Shown here piece after piece: positions 49,027-59,338 of a stretch of DNA of 64,000 bases (positions are counted from its first letter, which is position 1; each line of letters starts with the position of its first letter). Both the position numbers and the translations under genes were made by a program. Under the pieces are notes generated by a model. That model was not told the DNA's origin. It saw only the letters and a list, made by a program, of their open reading frames with translations, and made no database searches. Source of the stretch: an uncultured Gammaproteobacteria bacterium (GTDB taxonomy: Bacteria > Pseudomonadota > Gammaproteobacteria > CAMYKB01); the NCBI GenBank assembly GCA_947258875.1, contig CAMYKB010000003.1, forward strand, positions 12,358 through 76,357. The letters run 5' to 3'.

Positions 49027-49452
49027 ATGAAAGCGCGTGTTAAATGGCTGGATCATATGAGTTTTGTCGGCGAGTCGGACAGCGGTCACAGTGTTGTCAT
49101 GGACGGCGCGGCGGAGTATGGAGGGCGGAATATGGGTATCCGCCCCATGGAAATGGTGCTGCTAGGCATGGGGGGCTGTACCGCCTTCGACGTGGTTCAA
49201 ATACTGAAAAAGGCGCGCCAGCCAATTACGGATTGCATCATTGAATTGCAGGCTGAGCGCGCCGATAGCGTGCCCGCCGTATTTACCCGCATCCATGCCC
49301 ATTACATCATTAAGGGCAGAGGACTGGTTGACAAGCAGGTAAAACGTGCAGTCGAGCTTTCGGCAGATAAATACTGTTCGGTATCAATGATGCTGGGCGA
49401 GTCCGTTGAGATCACCCACGATTACGCAGTGGTAGATGAAGCGAACCCATGA
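49027..49452 (+). CDS. OsmC/Ohr family protein
   Basis: 141 aa with OsmC-like conserved Cys context (GMGGCTAFDVVQILKK). Confidence 0.7.
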   Translation: MKARVKWLDHMSFVGESDSGHSVVMDGAAEYGGRNMGIRPMEMVLLGMGGCTAFDVVQILKKARQPITDCIIELQAERADSVPAVFTRIHAHYIIKGRGLVDKQVKRAVELSADKYCSVSMMLGESVEITHDYAVVDEANP

Positions 49453-49850
49453 ATAGGCCCCCAGTGACCGGTGGTCTGCGCCATGTGGCCCTCAATGTCG
49501 ATGACATGGCGGCGGCTGAACATTTCTATAGCGAATTGCTGGGCATGCAGGTCGAATGGCGTCCAGATGCGGAGAATCTCTATCTGAGCTCCGGCTGCGA
49601 TAACCTGGCCCTGCACAAGGCGAAAACGCACTCAGATTCAGAGCAGCGTCTTGATCACATTGGGTTTATACTGCGCCGCCCTGAGGATGTGGATGCCTGG
49701 TATGATTTTCTCTGCGCACATGAAGTACTGGTGGAGAAGTCTCCACGCACCCATCGCGATGGTGCGCGCAGTTTTTATTGCCGCGACCCGGAAGGTAATA
49801 CTGTGCAAATGATTTATCATCCGCCAATCGCGGAGAAGTGTCCTGGGTAA
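49449..49850 (+). CDS. VOC (glyoxalase/bleomycin resistance/dioxygenase) family protein
   Basis: [24 protein letters not shown]... is the typical VOC beta-alpha-beta-beta-beta module. Confidence 0.7.
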   Translation: MNRPPVTGGLRHVALNVDDMAAAEHFYSELLGMQVEWRPDAENLYLSSGCDNLALHKAKTHSDSEQRLDHIGFILRRPEDVDAWYDFLCAHEVLVEKSPRTHRDGARSFYCRDPEGNTVQMIYHPPIAEKCPG

Positions 49851-50725
49851 CCGATCTATATTCTTATCCGGGTTTAATATTTAGCAGCCATCTGCCGGCT
49901 GCTTGTAACGAGGCTGGTGCGTTCGTGCGTAAACTCAATCCGAAACTCAAACTCTACGGTTTTAACAATCTGACCAAAACCCTGAGCTTTAATATATACG
50001 ACATCTGCTACGCAAAAACGCCTAAGCATCGTGAAGAGTATATTGAGTATATCGATGAGGCCTATAACGCCGAGCGCCTGACGCAGATTCTGACAGATGT
50101 TGCCGAGATCATTGGCGCCAATGTACTTAACACCGCGCGTCAGGATTATCACCCTCAGGGTGCCAGTGTCACTATGCTGATTGCTGAAGACGAAGTCACC
50201 ACCGAGCAAATTTCCAATACCGAAGCGCCTGGTCCGCTGCCGGATGCTGTCGTGGCGCATCTCGACAAAAGCCACATTACGGTGCATACCTATCCGGAAT
50301 CCCACCCGGACAATGGTATTAGTACTTTCCGCGCCGATATCGATGTTTCGACTTGTGGACGAGTCTCACCCTTGAAGGCTTTGAATTACCTGATCCACAG
50401 CTTCGATGAGGATATTGTGATCATGGATTATCGGGTGCGTGGATTTACCCGTGATGTGAGAGGTAAGAAGCACTATAACGATCACAAGATCGATTCCATC
50501 CAAAATTTTTTGAGCAAGGACACCAAGAAGCGTTATCAGATGATTGATGTCAATGTCTATCAGGAAAACATCTTTCATACCAAGATGATGCTGAGGGATT
50601 TTAATATGGGCAGTTATTTGTTTGGTTCAGGTGTTGATGATTTTGATAAGCGCGAGCTGGCCAACATCGAAAAGCGTCTGCGTAAAGAAATGGCGGAGAT
50701 CTTTTACGGGAGAAACATGAGCTAA
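49838..50725 (+). CDS. speD: S-adenosylmethionine decarboxylase proenzyme
   Basis: Strong collinear similarity to E. coli SpeD: [26 protein letters not shown]...[20 protein letters not shown]...STCG. The start may actually be the downstream GTG (~49925), matching E. coli MKKLKLHGFNN. Confidence 0.85.
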   Translation: MSWVTDLYSYPGLIFSSHLPAACNEAGAFVRKLNPKLKLYGFNNLTKTLSFNIYDICYAKTPKHREEYIEYIDEAYNAERLTQILTDVAEIIGANVLNTARQDYHPQGASVTMLIAEDEVTTEQISNTEAPGPLPDAVVAHLDKSHITVHTYPESHPDNGISTFRADIDVSTCGRVSPLKALNYLIHSFDEDIVIMDYRVRGFTRDVRGKKHYNDHKIDSIQNFLSKDTKKRYQMIDVNVYQENIFHTKMMLRDFNMGSYLFGSGVDDFDKRELANIEKRLRKEMAEIFYGRNMS

Positions 50726-50860
50726 CCGTAAATTTTGGTTTTTAATTCTTAATTTTAATTAAAAATACGAATAATTGTCTGTTCCCATTAGCTTTGCGGT
50801 AAACCGCAGGGCGGTTCTTCCAATCAATAATTAAATATTCAAAACTAAAAACTGCCTAAC

Positions 50861-51505
50861 CTATATCCAGTAAGCCGTCGTCGTCATTACTTTCGATACC
50901 ATTTTCATCAGGCCTTTGATGGGTGCAGGGAGTTGTGCAGCGCCGGCGTCGTGAGCGATGTCTGCATGATGGGTTTCATCGATGCGCATTTGTTCGAGGA
51001 TGGCGCGGCTTTTTTCATCTGCTGGCGAGATGCGTTGCAGGTGGTTGTCGAGATGCTTCACTACCTGACGTTCGGTTTCGTTGACGAAGCCCAGGCTCCA
51101 GCGGTCACCAGCCAGTCCGGCAGCGGCGCCCATGGTAAACGAGCCCAGGTACCATAGCGGGCCAAGCATGCTTTTGTTGCTGTCAAGCTCTTCCAGGCGT
51201 TGTTCGCACCAGGCGAGGTGGTCGGTCTCCTCGTCTGATGACTGCTGCATCTGTGCGCGCACCAGTTCGTTGCGGGCGGTCAGTGCCTGACCATGATATA
51301 GACCTTGCGCGGCTACCTCGCCAGCATGATCCACGCGTAACAGACGGGCGGATAACTTTTGTTCCTCATCGCTCAGATCGATGGCATCCTCGACGCCGCT
51401 CGCCGGGTTGTCACGCTCAGGTTTAGGCGCCCGTGCGTGAATCGTCCGCATGGCCTGATCAGCCTGCATGAGCAGGCGGTCTATCGGTGAATAGTTGCGC
51501 ATCAT
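50861..51505 (-). CDS. coq7: Demethoxyubiquinone hydroxylase, COQ7 family (di-iron)
   Basis: LRVDHAGEVAAQGLY...E..HL...E di-iron carboxylate motifs. Start at MMRNYSP. Confidence 0.75.
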   Translation of the reverse strand: MMRNYSPIDRLLMQADQAMRTIHARAPKPERDNPASGVEDAIDLSDEEQKLSARLLRVDHAGEVAAQGLYHGQALTARNELVRAQMQQSSDEETDHLAWCEQRLEELDSNKSMLGPLWYLGSFTMGAAAGLAGDRWSLGFVNETERQVVKHLDNHLQRISPADEKSRAILEQMRIDETHHADIAHDAGAAQLPAPIKGLMKMVSKVMTTTAYWI

Positions 51506-51563
51506 GCCATGGAGTATAAAGATTAAACCGCCAAGACACCAAGGGTGCCAAGAAGTATTTCCC

Positions 51564-51586
51564 GTTCCCACGCTCCCGCGTGGGAA
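51564..51586. repeat. REP-like perfect palindrome
   Basis: GTTCCCACGC-tcc-GCGTGGGAAC in the intergenic region between the Fe-S protein gene end and the coq7 start. No T-tract. Confidence 0.5.
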
Positions 51587-51729
51587 CGCATGCCTTGTTC
51601 TTGGTTGAGTTCAGTATCGGTAGCCACGGCGGACCGTGGGCGCCAGGAAAAGGTGTTGGAGTGGTAACGCCCTCGGCTTGTATCCGTGCCACGCAAGCTG
51701 TGTATTTAATAAAAATTATGAATTCAAAA

Positions 51730-52956
51730 CTAAAAATTGCCTTTAAGCTGCCTTGCCAGCATCGTCACTGGATGCACGACCTCGATATCCAGTCCCTCCC
51801 GGCGTAAGCCAGCCTGTAAATGCAGTGCACAGCCTATATTGCTGGAAACCAGGGTGTCGATATCGTGTTCCTTGATATGTTCCAGCTTGTCCTGGAGTAA
51901 GCTATCGGCCATTTCAGGGTGGGTCATCATATAATTGCCTGCCGCGCCGCAGCACAACTCATTTCCCGGTAATTCAACCACATCGATGCCAGGTATCTTT
52001 TGCAGTAACTCAAATGGTTGCTGTGAACATTTAAGTACATTTCTCAGACTGCAGGGACTATGCACAGCAACGTGGCGATACAGTGGTTCCAGTTGTACAT
52101 CGTCATTCCAGTGATCGAGTAAAAACGTGCTGATATCGAAGTGCTTGTGAGCCAGTGTCCGACTTTCGCTGTTATCAATATGGTCTGGATACTCCAGTAG
52201 CATAGCGCCACAGCCACTGGCGCTGGATACAACAAAATCAGATTCTGCAAAGGCCTCGATATTGCGTTGCATTAGTGTCAGCGCTTGAGGGGATCTTCCA
52301 GCATGCAAATCCAGTGCGCCGCAACAACACTGGTGTTCGGCGTTGGCAACAGAATAACCCAGGGCACTGATCAGCAAACGACTTGCCGCCAGGGTTTCGT
52401 GCTCAAATAGTTCGGCAACACAACCTGTGAACAGCGCCACGCTCTGGGATTTGTGTGGCCGGTGGTTTGCGCCGGCTTCAAGTCTGAAGCGGCGCTGTCT
52501 TGGGATGATGCTCTCTGCACGTGCCAGTCCCAGTAGCTCCAGGGCCCCGCTTTTACGCGTTAGGGTCTGCAAGCCGCTGCGTTGATAACCTATAAGCAGG
52601 AGGCCGCTGAGTTGGCGCACTACACGGTGTTTCAGAAAAGCGCGTCGGAACAATTCTGCGAGGCGGAGGTGTTGCTTGTTGTTACTCTGCAGTAGCGCAT
52701 GGGCCGCGTCGATCAGTTCGCCATAGGGCACCAGGGCAGGACACATTGCCTCGCAGGCGCGACATTGCAGGCAGCTCTCTATGTGTCCAGTGAGGTTTTC
52801 ATCAGGACCGAGCTGACCATTGTTGAGTGCCTGCATCAGTGCAATACGCCCGCGCGGTGATTCGGCTTCGTTGCCGGTTTTCATATAGGTGGGGCAGTGC
52901 GGCAGGCACATGCCGCACATCACGCAACGGTCGGTGGCATCAAGCGCCTTATCCAT
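51730..52956 (-). CDS. (Fe-S)-binding oxidoreductase subunit with two CCG domains (GlcF/GlpC family)
   Basis: From MDKALDATDRCVMCGMCLPHCPTY: two 4Fe-4S Cys clusters (CxxCxxCxxxCP x2) followed by two CCG motifs. 408 aa, matching GlcF length. The longer ORF extension is invalidated by the divergent ferredoxin gene. Confidence 0.75.
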   Translation of the reverse strand: MDKALDATDRCVMCGMCLPHCPTYMKTGNEAESPRGRIALMQALNNGQLGPDENLTGHIESCLQCRACEAMCPALVPYGELIDAAHALLQSNNKQHLRLAELFRRAFLKHRVVRQLSGLLLIGYQRSGLQTLTRKSGALELLGLARAESIIPRQRRFRLEAGANHRPHKSQSVALFTGCVAELFEHETLAASRLLISALGYSVANAEHQCCCGALDLHAGRSPQALTLMQRNIEAFAESDFVVSSASGCGAMLLEYPDHIDNSESRTLAHKHFDISTFLLDHWNDDVQLEPLYRHVAVHSPCSLRNVLKCSQQPFELLQKIPGIDVVELPGNELCCGAAGNYMMTHPEMADSLLQDKLEHIKEHDIDTLVSSNIGCALHLQAGLRREGLDIEVVHPVTMLARQLKGNF

Positions 52957-53127
52957 GTGAATCTGTGAAATGCTGATGATATGGCTATGGGCTGAAATAT
53001 TGGCAGTGTAAGGGGCTGGCCGGTTTGTCGCCAGCACTATAGCAATCCCGGTTTTCTGGTTATGACATGCGTTCCGCGTGGCTGCGCTATATAATCTGCC
53101 GCCAGTATCACACGGGATATTAGCTGA

Positions 53128-53433
53128 ATGTCTTATTACAAGCGGCACATGTTCTTTTGCACTAACCAGCGCGAGGATGGCGTATGCTGTCAGGATCATG
53201 ATGCGTTGGCGTTTCGCAATCATGCCAAGCAACGCAGCAAAGAGCTGGGCATAGCCGGGCAGGGTGGTGTTCGCATCAATACAGCAGGTTGCCTGGATCG
53301 CTGTAGTGAGGGGCCGGTTGCAGTGATCTACCCGGAAGGGATCTGGTATACCTATGGAAGCACCGCCGATATCGATGAAATCATGGATGAGCACCTGGTC
53401 AACGGTCGCATTGTTAAACGCCTTAAGCTCTGA
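53128..53433 (+). CDS. Thioredoxin-like [2Fe-2S] ferredoxin family protein
   Basis: YKRHMFFCTNQREDGVCC...GCLDRCSEGPVAVIYPEGIWY is a canonical Cys spacing and motif set. Confidence 0.8.
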   Translation: MSYYKRHMFFCTNQREDGVCCQDHDALAFRNHAKQRSKELGIAGQGGVRINTAGCLDRCSEGPVAVIYPEGIWYTYGSTADIDEIMDEHLVNGRIVKRLKL

Positions 53434-53754
53434 ACACGGCCTTTCGGCTAAATAATTCAGGAAATACAATCACATAGTGGCATGCATCGAACCGGTGCGC
53501 GGGGGTTGACAAGTAAATAGTTATATTAGACAATTATTATATTCTGAATGAGAGCTCCTCGTTCTCAACAGAAAAATCCTCCATCCTCCCTTGGTGGTAT
53601 ATTTGGCGCGGCTTCCTACCTATTGGCCGCGCTTTTTTTTTGTCTTAAATTTGGGGTTGTAGCTGGCATTCAGCTTGTATCCCAGGGCTATCTTGGGTAG
53701 TATTGCGCGCCTTCCGTGTGGTGCTGACAGCCAACTTTTGGAGTTTTTTCTCGG

Positions 53755-54183
53755 ATGAAGACATTTAGTGCAAAGCCGGAAACGGTGAAACGCGACTGGT
53801 ACGTCGTCGATGCAGATGGCAAGGCCCTCGGCCGCCTGGCTAGCGAGGTTGCGCGCCGACTGCGTGGCAAACATAAGCCAGAATATACCCCGCATGTGGA
53901 TACGGGCGATTACATTGTGATCGTCAATGCCAGTAAAGTACGCGTCACTGGCAACAAGGCTGCCAACAAGATGTACCACCATCACACAGGTTATATCGGT
54001 AACCTCAAATCGATCAGCTTCGAGAAGATGATCCGCAAATCGCCCGAAAGGGTGATTGAGCTGGCGGTCAAGGGTATGTTGCCCAAGAATCCGCTGGGCC
54101 GGTCGATGTACCGTAAACTCAAGGTCTATGCAGGCGCGGAACATATGCACGCCGCACAGCAACCTCAAACACTCGAATTATAA
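53755..54183 (+). CDS. rplM: 50S ribosomal protein L13
   Basis: [20 protein letters not shown]... Confidence 0.95.
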   Translation: MKTFSAKPETVKRDWYVVDADGKALGRLASEVARRLRGKHKPEYTPHVDTGDYIVIVNASKVRVTGNKAANKMYHHHTGYIGNLKSISFEKMIRKSPERVIELAVKGMLPKNPLGRSMYRKLKVYAGAEHMHAAQQPQTLEL

Positions 54184-54201
54184 GTCAGGCATAAGACGGT
54201 T

Positions 54202-54594
54202 ATGGCAAATACAAATTATTACGGCACGGGCCGCCGCAAAAGTTCAACAGCGCGCGTATTTCTGCGCAGCGGCAATGGCGATATCACTATCAATCAGCGT
54301 TCGATAGATACTTACTTCGGTCGTGAAACGTCGCGCATGATCGTGCGCCAGCCACTCGAGGCAACCGAGCTCCTCAAAAATTTCGACGTGCGCATCACGG
54401 TTGCCGGAGGCGGTGCCAACGGCCAGGCTGGTGCCATACGCATGGGTATCGCGCGCGCTTTGCTGAACTATGATGAAGGCCTGCGTCCCGCGTTACGCAA
54501 AAAAGGTTTCCTGACACGTGATGCACGCGAAGTTGAGCGCAAGAAAGTTGGCCTGCGCAAGGCACGTAAGGCAACCCAATACTCCAAGCGTTAA
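54202..54594 (+). CDS. rpsI: 30S ribosomal protein S9
   Basis: [16 protein letters not shown]...[31 protein letters not shown]. Confidence 0.95.
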   Translation: MANTNYYGTGRRKSSTARVFLRSGNGDITINQRSIDTYFGRETSRMIVRQPLEATELLKNFDVRITVAGGGANGQAGAIRMGIARALLNYDEGLRPALRKKGFLTRDAREVERKKVGLRKARKATQYSKR

Positions 54595-54637
54595 ACGGGA
54601 CCATCACGTCCACCCCTGGATCGCTTCATCAGTTTAT

Positions 54638-54711
54638 TGGGGGATCGTCTAGTGGTAGGACTGCGGACTCTGACTCCGCCAACCTAGGTTCGAATCCTAG
54701 TCCCCCAGCCA
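54638..54711 (+). tRNA. tRNA-Gln (anticodon CUG)
   Basis: Cloverleaf folded by hand. 7-bp acceptor TGGGGGA/TCCCCCA plus discriminator G and CCA. D arm GTCT-AGTGGTA-GGAC. Anticodon stem GCGGA/TCCGC with loop cuCUGac. T arm CTAGG-TTCGAAT-CCTAG. Confidence 0.85.
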
Positions 54712-54935
54712 ATAAGGAACCCGCCGTCAGGCGGGTTTTTTGTTGGCTGGGGGACGAAGGATGAGAAGCTAGTGGTTCGACAAAATTGCCGGGAGCAATT
54801 TTGAACAGCGGAGCGCAGCGACGCTGGCCCCGCAGGGGTGAGTCTACGCGACTGAGCAGAAGGCGCGCCGAGTAATCCTAGTCCCCCAGCCAATAAGGAA
54901 CCCGCCGTCAGGCGGGTTTTTTTGTTGGCTGGGGA
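54693..54935. repeat. ~61 bp direct repeat of tRNA-Gln 3' end plus terminator (copy 1 54693..54753, copy 2 54874..54935)
   Basis: aatcctagtcccccagccaataaggaacccgccgtcaggcgggtttttt(t)gttggctgggg occurs twice, ~120 bp apart, differing by one T. Confidence 0.85.
54720..54741 (+). terminator. Rho-independent terminator after tRNA-Gln
   Basis: CCCGCC-gtca-GGCGGG followed by TTTTTT. Confidence 0.85.
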
Positions 54936-55678
54936 AGCCTGCGCGGCTGAGCGAAAGAAGTTTGCGAGTTTGCTGCAGAATTGCTTGGGTCAATTTTATT
55001 TGCCATGTTCGTGTGTTCAGCCTTACAGGCTTCTTTCTGTTCACCGAACACTTCACGATCTTTAAAAGTGTGTTTAGCGTTATTGTAAGCAGAGCAATGA
55101 TCCTGCCCTTGTGTCTTTATGTGTAGTGCGGAAGTTACAAGTATGAATTCATTTTGATGCGGGTTGCATAGATGCAAGCATGGGTGTCGCAGTCCGAAAT
55201 AGCATGCGTTTGTAACATGAGTGAATTAATGTGCATTAGCGTGGTAACCGGGGTGAGGTGAAGCGTGAGCTGCAGGTTTAAAGGAAATTACGGTTGCCCT
55301 GGAGCGTGTCAATGCGGCGAACGTAAGCTGTTTGGCTTGCTTTTGTGCTTTTCCGATACAGGCCGTTATCCTGGGAGAGTGACCTCTATCGCATAAATAT
55401 CAGTAAGTTATCGGTGCTACTTGTTAATTTACAGGAGCTTGTTTATACTCATTCGCAACTTGGCATTCATTTTGTTGTTTTTGAACAACAAAATGAATGC
55501 CAAAAAAGGTCTCAATGCGGCTAAACCCGCTTGATACCGAGCAGAAATGTCATTGTTTTCATAAGAAATTAGAACTAACTGTGGTTTTTTTGAGATAAAG
55601 TGTTGCATATTTGTCTGTATGCGACTATAACGTATCTCGACTACACAATCTCATCACTCGTTTATTGGGAGTCTTAAC

Positions 55679-56761
55679 ATGAACAAGAAACTTATTGCAG
55701 TAGCAGTTGCTGCAGCTGTGGCAGCTCCTGGCGCCGCATTCGCAGGTTCAACACTTTATGGTCAGGCACATGTATCCGTTGGGTATTATGATGATGACAT
55801 CTCCAACAACCTCCGCGTTTCCAGTAACACCTCACGCATCGGTGTGAAGGGTTCTGAAGATCTGGGCGGTGGTTTAAAGGCCTTGTATAAGGCTGAATGG
55901 GAAGTCGGTATGTCCGATACATTCCGCGACTTCAGTGGCGCTACCCGTAACCGTGATCAGTTCATCGCATTACGAGGCGGCTTCGGTACCTTTAAGTTGG
56001 GTCGTGAAGACACCATCGTTAAAGTGGTCGGTCGTAAGGTGGATTTGTTCTGGAGCACTCAGGTTGGCCAGAACCGTAGTGTGGCGCGTGGCCTGGATGG
56101 CAAAGACAGCCGCCTCGGTAACACCATTATGTATGCTTCACCGAAGATCGCTGGTGGTTTGACTCTGGAACTTGGTTATAACACGGACGTGAATGCCAGT
56201 AACAATGAGGACGATGTCAACACAAGTGGCGATATCAATAACGATAACGATATGGTCAGTGTAGGTGCTACCTGGGCGAATGGTCCGCTGTACCTTGGGC
56301 TGGCCTATGAATCCCGTGGTATCGATGACGGCGGCTCGCCACTCATCGATAATGCAGATACGATACGTTTTGGCGTTACTTATAAGATCGGTGCCGTGAA
56401 ATTGGCCGGTTTTTATCAGGATGCCACCAACCAGGGTTTTGTTTCTGACTTAGATCGCTCGATCTGGGGTATTGGCGCAGCTTACACCGCCGGTAAGAAC
56501 ACCTTTAAGGCTCAGTACTATGCTGCAGATGAGTTTGATACACCTGTAGGCACTGCCGCTGATACTGGCGAAGCGCTGTTTTCAATTGGCTGGGATCACA
56601 AGATGTCCAAGCGTACCCATACCTATGTTCAATACGCGCAGAATGAAGGCGACAACAACATTGGCCCCCGCCTGGGTGGCAGTGGTCATGCTGAGACAGT
56701 TGTCGGACCAGCAGGCGGCACAGTTTCTGTGATCGACTTCGGTATCCGTCACAAGTTCTAA
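55679..56761 (+). CDS. Outer-membrane general porin (Gram-negative porin superfamily)
   Basis: Signal peptide MNKKLIAVAVAAAVAAPGAAFA. Alternating amphipathic beta-strands. C-terminal ...IRHKF terminal Phe. Long AT-rich upstream leader. Confidence 0.8.
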   Translation: MNKKLIAVAVAAAVAAPGAAFAGSTLYGQAHVSVGYYDDDISNNLRVSSNTSRIGVKGSEDLGGGLKALYKAEWEVGMSDTFRDFSGATRNRDQFIALRGGFGTFKLGREDTIVKVVGRKVDLFWSTQVGQNRSVARGLDGKDSRLGNTIMYASPKIAGGLTLELGYNTDVNASNNEDDVNTSGDINNDNDMVSVGATWANGPLYLGLAYESRGIDDGGSPLIDNADTIRFGVTYKIGAVKLAGFYQDATNQGFVSDLDRSIWGIGAAYTAGKNTFKAQYYAADEFDTPVGTAADTGEALFSIGWDHKMSKRTHTYVQYAQNEGDNNIGPRLGGSGHAETVVGPAGGTVSVIDFGIRHKF

Positions 56762-56787
56762 AAGCAATAGCAAAGCAGTGTAAATTT

Positions 56788-56816
56788 AATGGGCGCCTTC
56801 GGGCGCCCATTTTTTA
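56788..56816 (+). terminator. Rho-independent terminator after porin gene
   Basis: ATGGGCGCC-ttc-GGGCGCCCAT followed by TTTTT. Confidence 0.85.
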
Positions 56817-56919
56817 TGCGTGAAATCTGATATGAGATATGTTCACCGCAAAGACGCTAACGACTCCCAGGATGGAGGAGGTGGCGTCTTTGCGGTGAAA
56901 TATTTTGGCGTAAATTAGA

Positions 56920-57576
56920 CTAGGTCAGTGTCTTAACCCCATCTTTGTCACCCAGCAGCAAAACGTCTGCGGGACGCTGCGCGAAAATCCCCACGGTAAC
57001 GATACCGGGTATTGCATTCAGCTCTATTTCGAGTTCTACCGGATCCAATATGTCCAGGTTGTGGATATCCAGAATCAGGTTGCCGTTGTCGGTAATGAAA
57101 TCTTCGCGTAACACGGGTTGTCCGCCGTGTTTTAATAGTTGACGCGCGACAAAGCTGCGTGCCATGGGGATGACCTCGATTGGCAACGGGAATTTACCCA
57201 GCACGTCTACCAGCTTGGAATCGTCGGCGATGCAGATGAATTTACTGCTGGCACCTGCGACTATTTTCTCACGAGTGAGTGCACCACCACCGCCCTTGAT
57301 GAGGTGTAAATGACGGGTCGCCTCATCGGCGCCATCGACGTAAACCGGAAGATCACCGACCGCATTGAGATCCAGTACCGTAATACCATGTGACTGCAGG
57401 CGTTGGGCAGAGGCTTCTGAACTGGCGACGGTGCCATCGATCTTGCCCTTCAGGCCTGCGAGCGCATCAATGAAGAAATTGGCTGTAGAACCTGTGCCGA
57501 CTCCTACGATATCACCTGCTTCGATATAATCCAGTGCCGCTTCTGCGGTGAGTTTTTTCATGTCATCTTGTGTCAT
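56920..57576 (-). CDS. rpiA: Ribose-5-phosphate isomerase A
   Basis: MTQDDMKKL...GVGTGSTA...DGADE...[11 protein letters not shown] matches E. coli RpiA throughout. Confidence 0.9.
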   Translation of the reverse strand: MTQDDMKKLTAEAALDYIEAGDIVGVGTGSTANFFIDALAGLKGKIDGTVASSEASAQRLQSHGITVLDLNAVGDLPVYVDGADEATRHLHLIKGGGGALTREKIVAGASSKFICIADDSKLVDVLGKFPLPIEVIPMARSFVARQLLKHGGQPVLREDFITDNGNLILDIHNLDILDPVELEIELNAIPGIVTVGIFAQRPADVLLLGDKDGVKTLT

Positions 57577-57693
57577 CACTGTTTCCTGCCGGAGTAATCG
57601 AGCCGGAATGATACCGTTTGTGGCGGTGGATGTCATGATAGGCGCAGGCTTGCTATGCTGTGTCGTAGCGCACTTTACAACCTAGCTGGAACC

Positions 57694-59205
57694 ATGACAA
57701 AAAAATACATTGATATGATCCTTTCATCGCGCGTCTATGACGTCGCGGTAGAATCAACGCTTGATCTGGCGCCATCATTATCCAGGCGTTTTGATAACCA
57801 TGTTTACCTCAAGCGCGAAGACAAGCAGGCTGTGTTTTCGTTTAAATTGCGTGGTGCCTATAACAAAATTTATCACCTGAGTGAGGCAGAAAAGGCTCGT
57901 GGGGTTATCGCCGCATCTGCCGGTAATCATGCGCAAGGCGTGGCACTTGCCGCGCATCAGCTGAAGATCAAGGCGGTCATTGTGATGCCCAGGACAACGC
58001 CCAGTATTAAGGTTGAAGCCGTACGATCATACGGTGCACGTGCATTATTGCATGGTGACACCTATGACGAAGCCTACGAACATGCATTACAGCTGGCAGA
58101 CAAGCAGCGCATGACCTTTATCCATCCATTCGATGATCCTTTGGTGATCGCTGGGCAAGGCACTGTTGGTGTTGAGATTGCGCGCCAGCATCCTGACGAT
58201 ATCGAGGCGATCTTTGTGCCGGTGGGCGGCGGTGGATTGATCGCAGGGATCAGTACCTATTTCAAATACCTGCGCCCCGAGGTCAAGATCATCGGTGTCG
58301 AGCCTGAGGATGCGCCATCAATGCACGCGGCCATGAACGCAGGGCGTCGTGTGGTATTGGATCAGGTTGGGATCTTTGCTGACGGCGTCGCCGTACGGCA
58401 AATTGGCAAAGAAACCTTCAGATTGGCGCGAAAGAGCGTTGATGAGGTGATCCTGGTGACTACTGACGAGATCTGTGGCGCGATTAAAGACATTTTTGAC
58501 GATACTCGCAGCATTTCAGAGCCTGCAGGGGCCCTGGCACTGGCAGGAATGAAGAAATATATCGAGCGCGAGGGCGTCAAAAACAAGAATTTGATCGTCA
58601 TAAACAGTGGCGCCAACATCAATTTCGACCGATTACGGCACGTGGCGGAGCGTGCCGAACTGGGTGATCGCCGCGAATTCCTCTTGGCGGTGACGATTCC
58701 GGAGCGTCCCGGCAGCTTCCGAAAATTCTGCCGTCTGCTGGGCAAGCGCGGTATCACCGAGTTCAATTACCGTTATGCAGATGAAAAAATTGCTCACGTC
58801 TTTGTAGGTATGCAGATGGAAGATGCAGATATGCAGGGCCCCGAGCTTTTAAGTGAACTGGCCGATAAGGGTTATACGGTGTTGAACATTAGCGACAATG
58901 AAATGGCCAAGGTTCACTTGCGCTATATGGTAGGCGGGCGCGCGCCCGGAGTGAAAAATGAAATACTGTATCGATTCGAGTTTCCAGAACGACCGGGTGC
59001 GTTACTTCAGTTCCTGAATGCAATGAGTCACGATTGGAATATCAGCTTGTTTCATTATCGAAATCATGGTGCAGCGTATGGGCGGGTTTTGGTAGGAGTG
59101 CAGGTAGCGAAAAAAGATCGCTCTGAGTTCGTCGCGTCGCTCAAGGACTTGGGCTATCCTTATGCAGATGAAACGGCTAATCCGGCTTATAAGTTATTCC
59201 TCTAA
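57694..59205 (+). CDS. ilvA: Threonine dehydratase, biosynthetic (PLP; two C-terminal ACT-like domains)
   Basis: SFKLRGAYN PLP-Lys motif, GNHAQGVA and C-terminal regulatory repeats, collinear with E. coli IlvA. Confidence 0.9.
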   Translation: MTKKYIDMILSSRVYDVAVESTLDLAPSLSRRFDNHVYLKREDKQAVFSFKLRGAYNKIYHLSEAEKARGVIAASAGNHAQGVALAAHQLKIKAVIVMPRTTPSIKVEAVRSYGARALLHGDTYDEAYEHALQLADKQRMTFIHPFDDPLVIAGQGTVGVEIARQHPDDIEAIFVPVGGGGLIAGISTYFKYLRPEVKIIGVEPEDAPSMHAAMNAGRRVVLDQVGIFADGVAVRQIGKETFRLARKSVDEVILVTTDEICGAIKDIFDDTRSISEPAGALALAGMKKYIEREGVKNKNLIVINSGANINFDRLRHVAERAELGDRREFLLAVTIPERPGSFRKFCRLLGKRGITEFNYRYADEKIAHVFVGMQMEDADMQGPELLSELADKGYTVLNISDNEMAKVHLRYMVGGRAPGVKNEILYRFEFPERPGALLQFLNAMSHDWNISLFHYRNHGAAYGRVLVGVQVAKKDRSEFVASLKDLGYPYADETANPAYKLFL

Positions 59206-59290
59206 TCTGCCTGGGGTTACCGGGGCATCCTATGTTTAACTTATTGATATTTATACTAATTTTTCTTAGCGTTAGGTGGTTTTTAGGCAC

Positions 59291-59317
59291 AAAAAAGGGC
59301 CCCTTTCGGGGCCCTTT
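59291..59317. terminator. Rho-independent terminator (mainly for the minus-strand Lys-rich gene; possibly bidirectional)
   Basis: aaaaaaGGGCCCCtttcGGGGCCCttt. On the minus strand the hairpin is followed by TTTTTT. Confidence 0.8.
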
Positions 59318-59338
59318 GCAGTCTTCGTAAACGACTAC

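Noticed and set aside
52957-53469. 171-aa N-terminal extension of the GlcF-like ORF
   Set aside because: Overlaps a convincing + strand [2Fe-2S] ferredoxin gene (53128..53433). The homology-based GlcF start (MDKALD…) gives canonical length.
53620-54168. 182-aa minus-strand ORF
   Set aside because: Antisense to the rplM ribosomal protein gene; spurious.
54684-55177. Three small minus-strand ORFs across the tRNA-Gln/repeat region
   Set aside because: They overlap the tRNA and its duplicated terminator. Repeated peptide (PPDGGFLIGWGTRI) arises purely from the DNA repeat.
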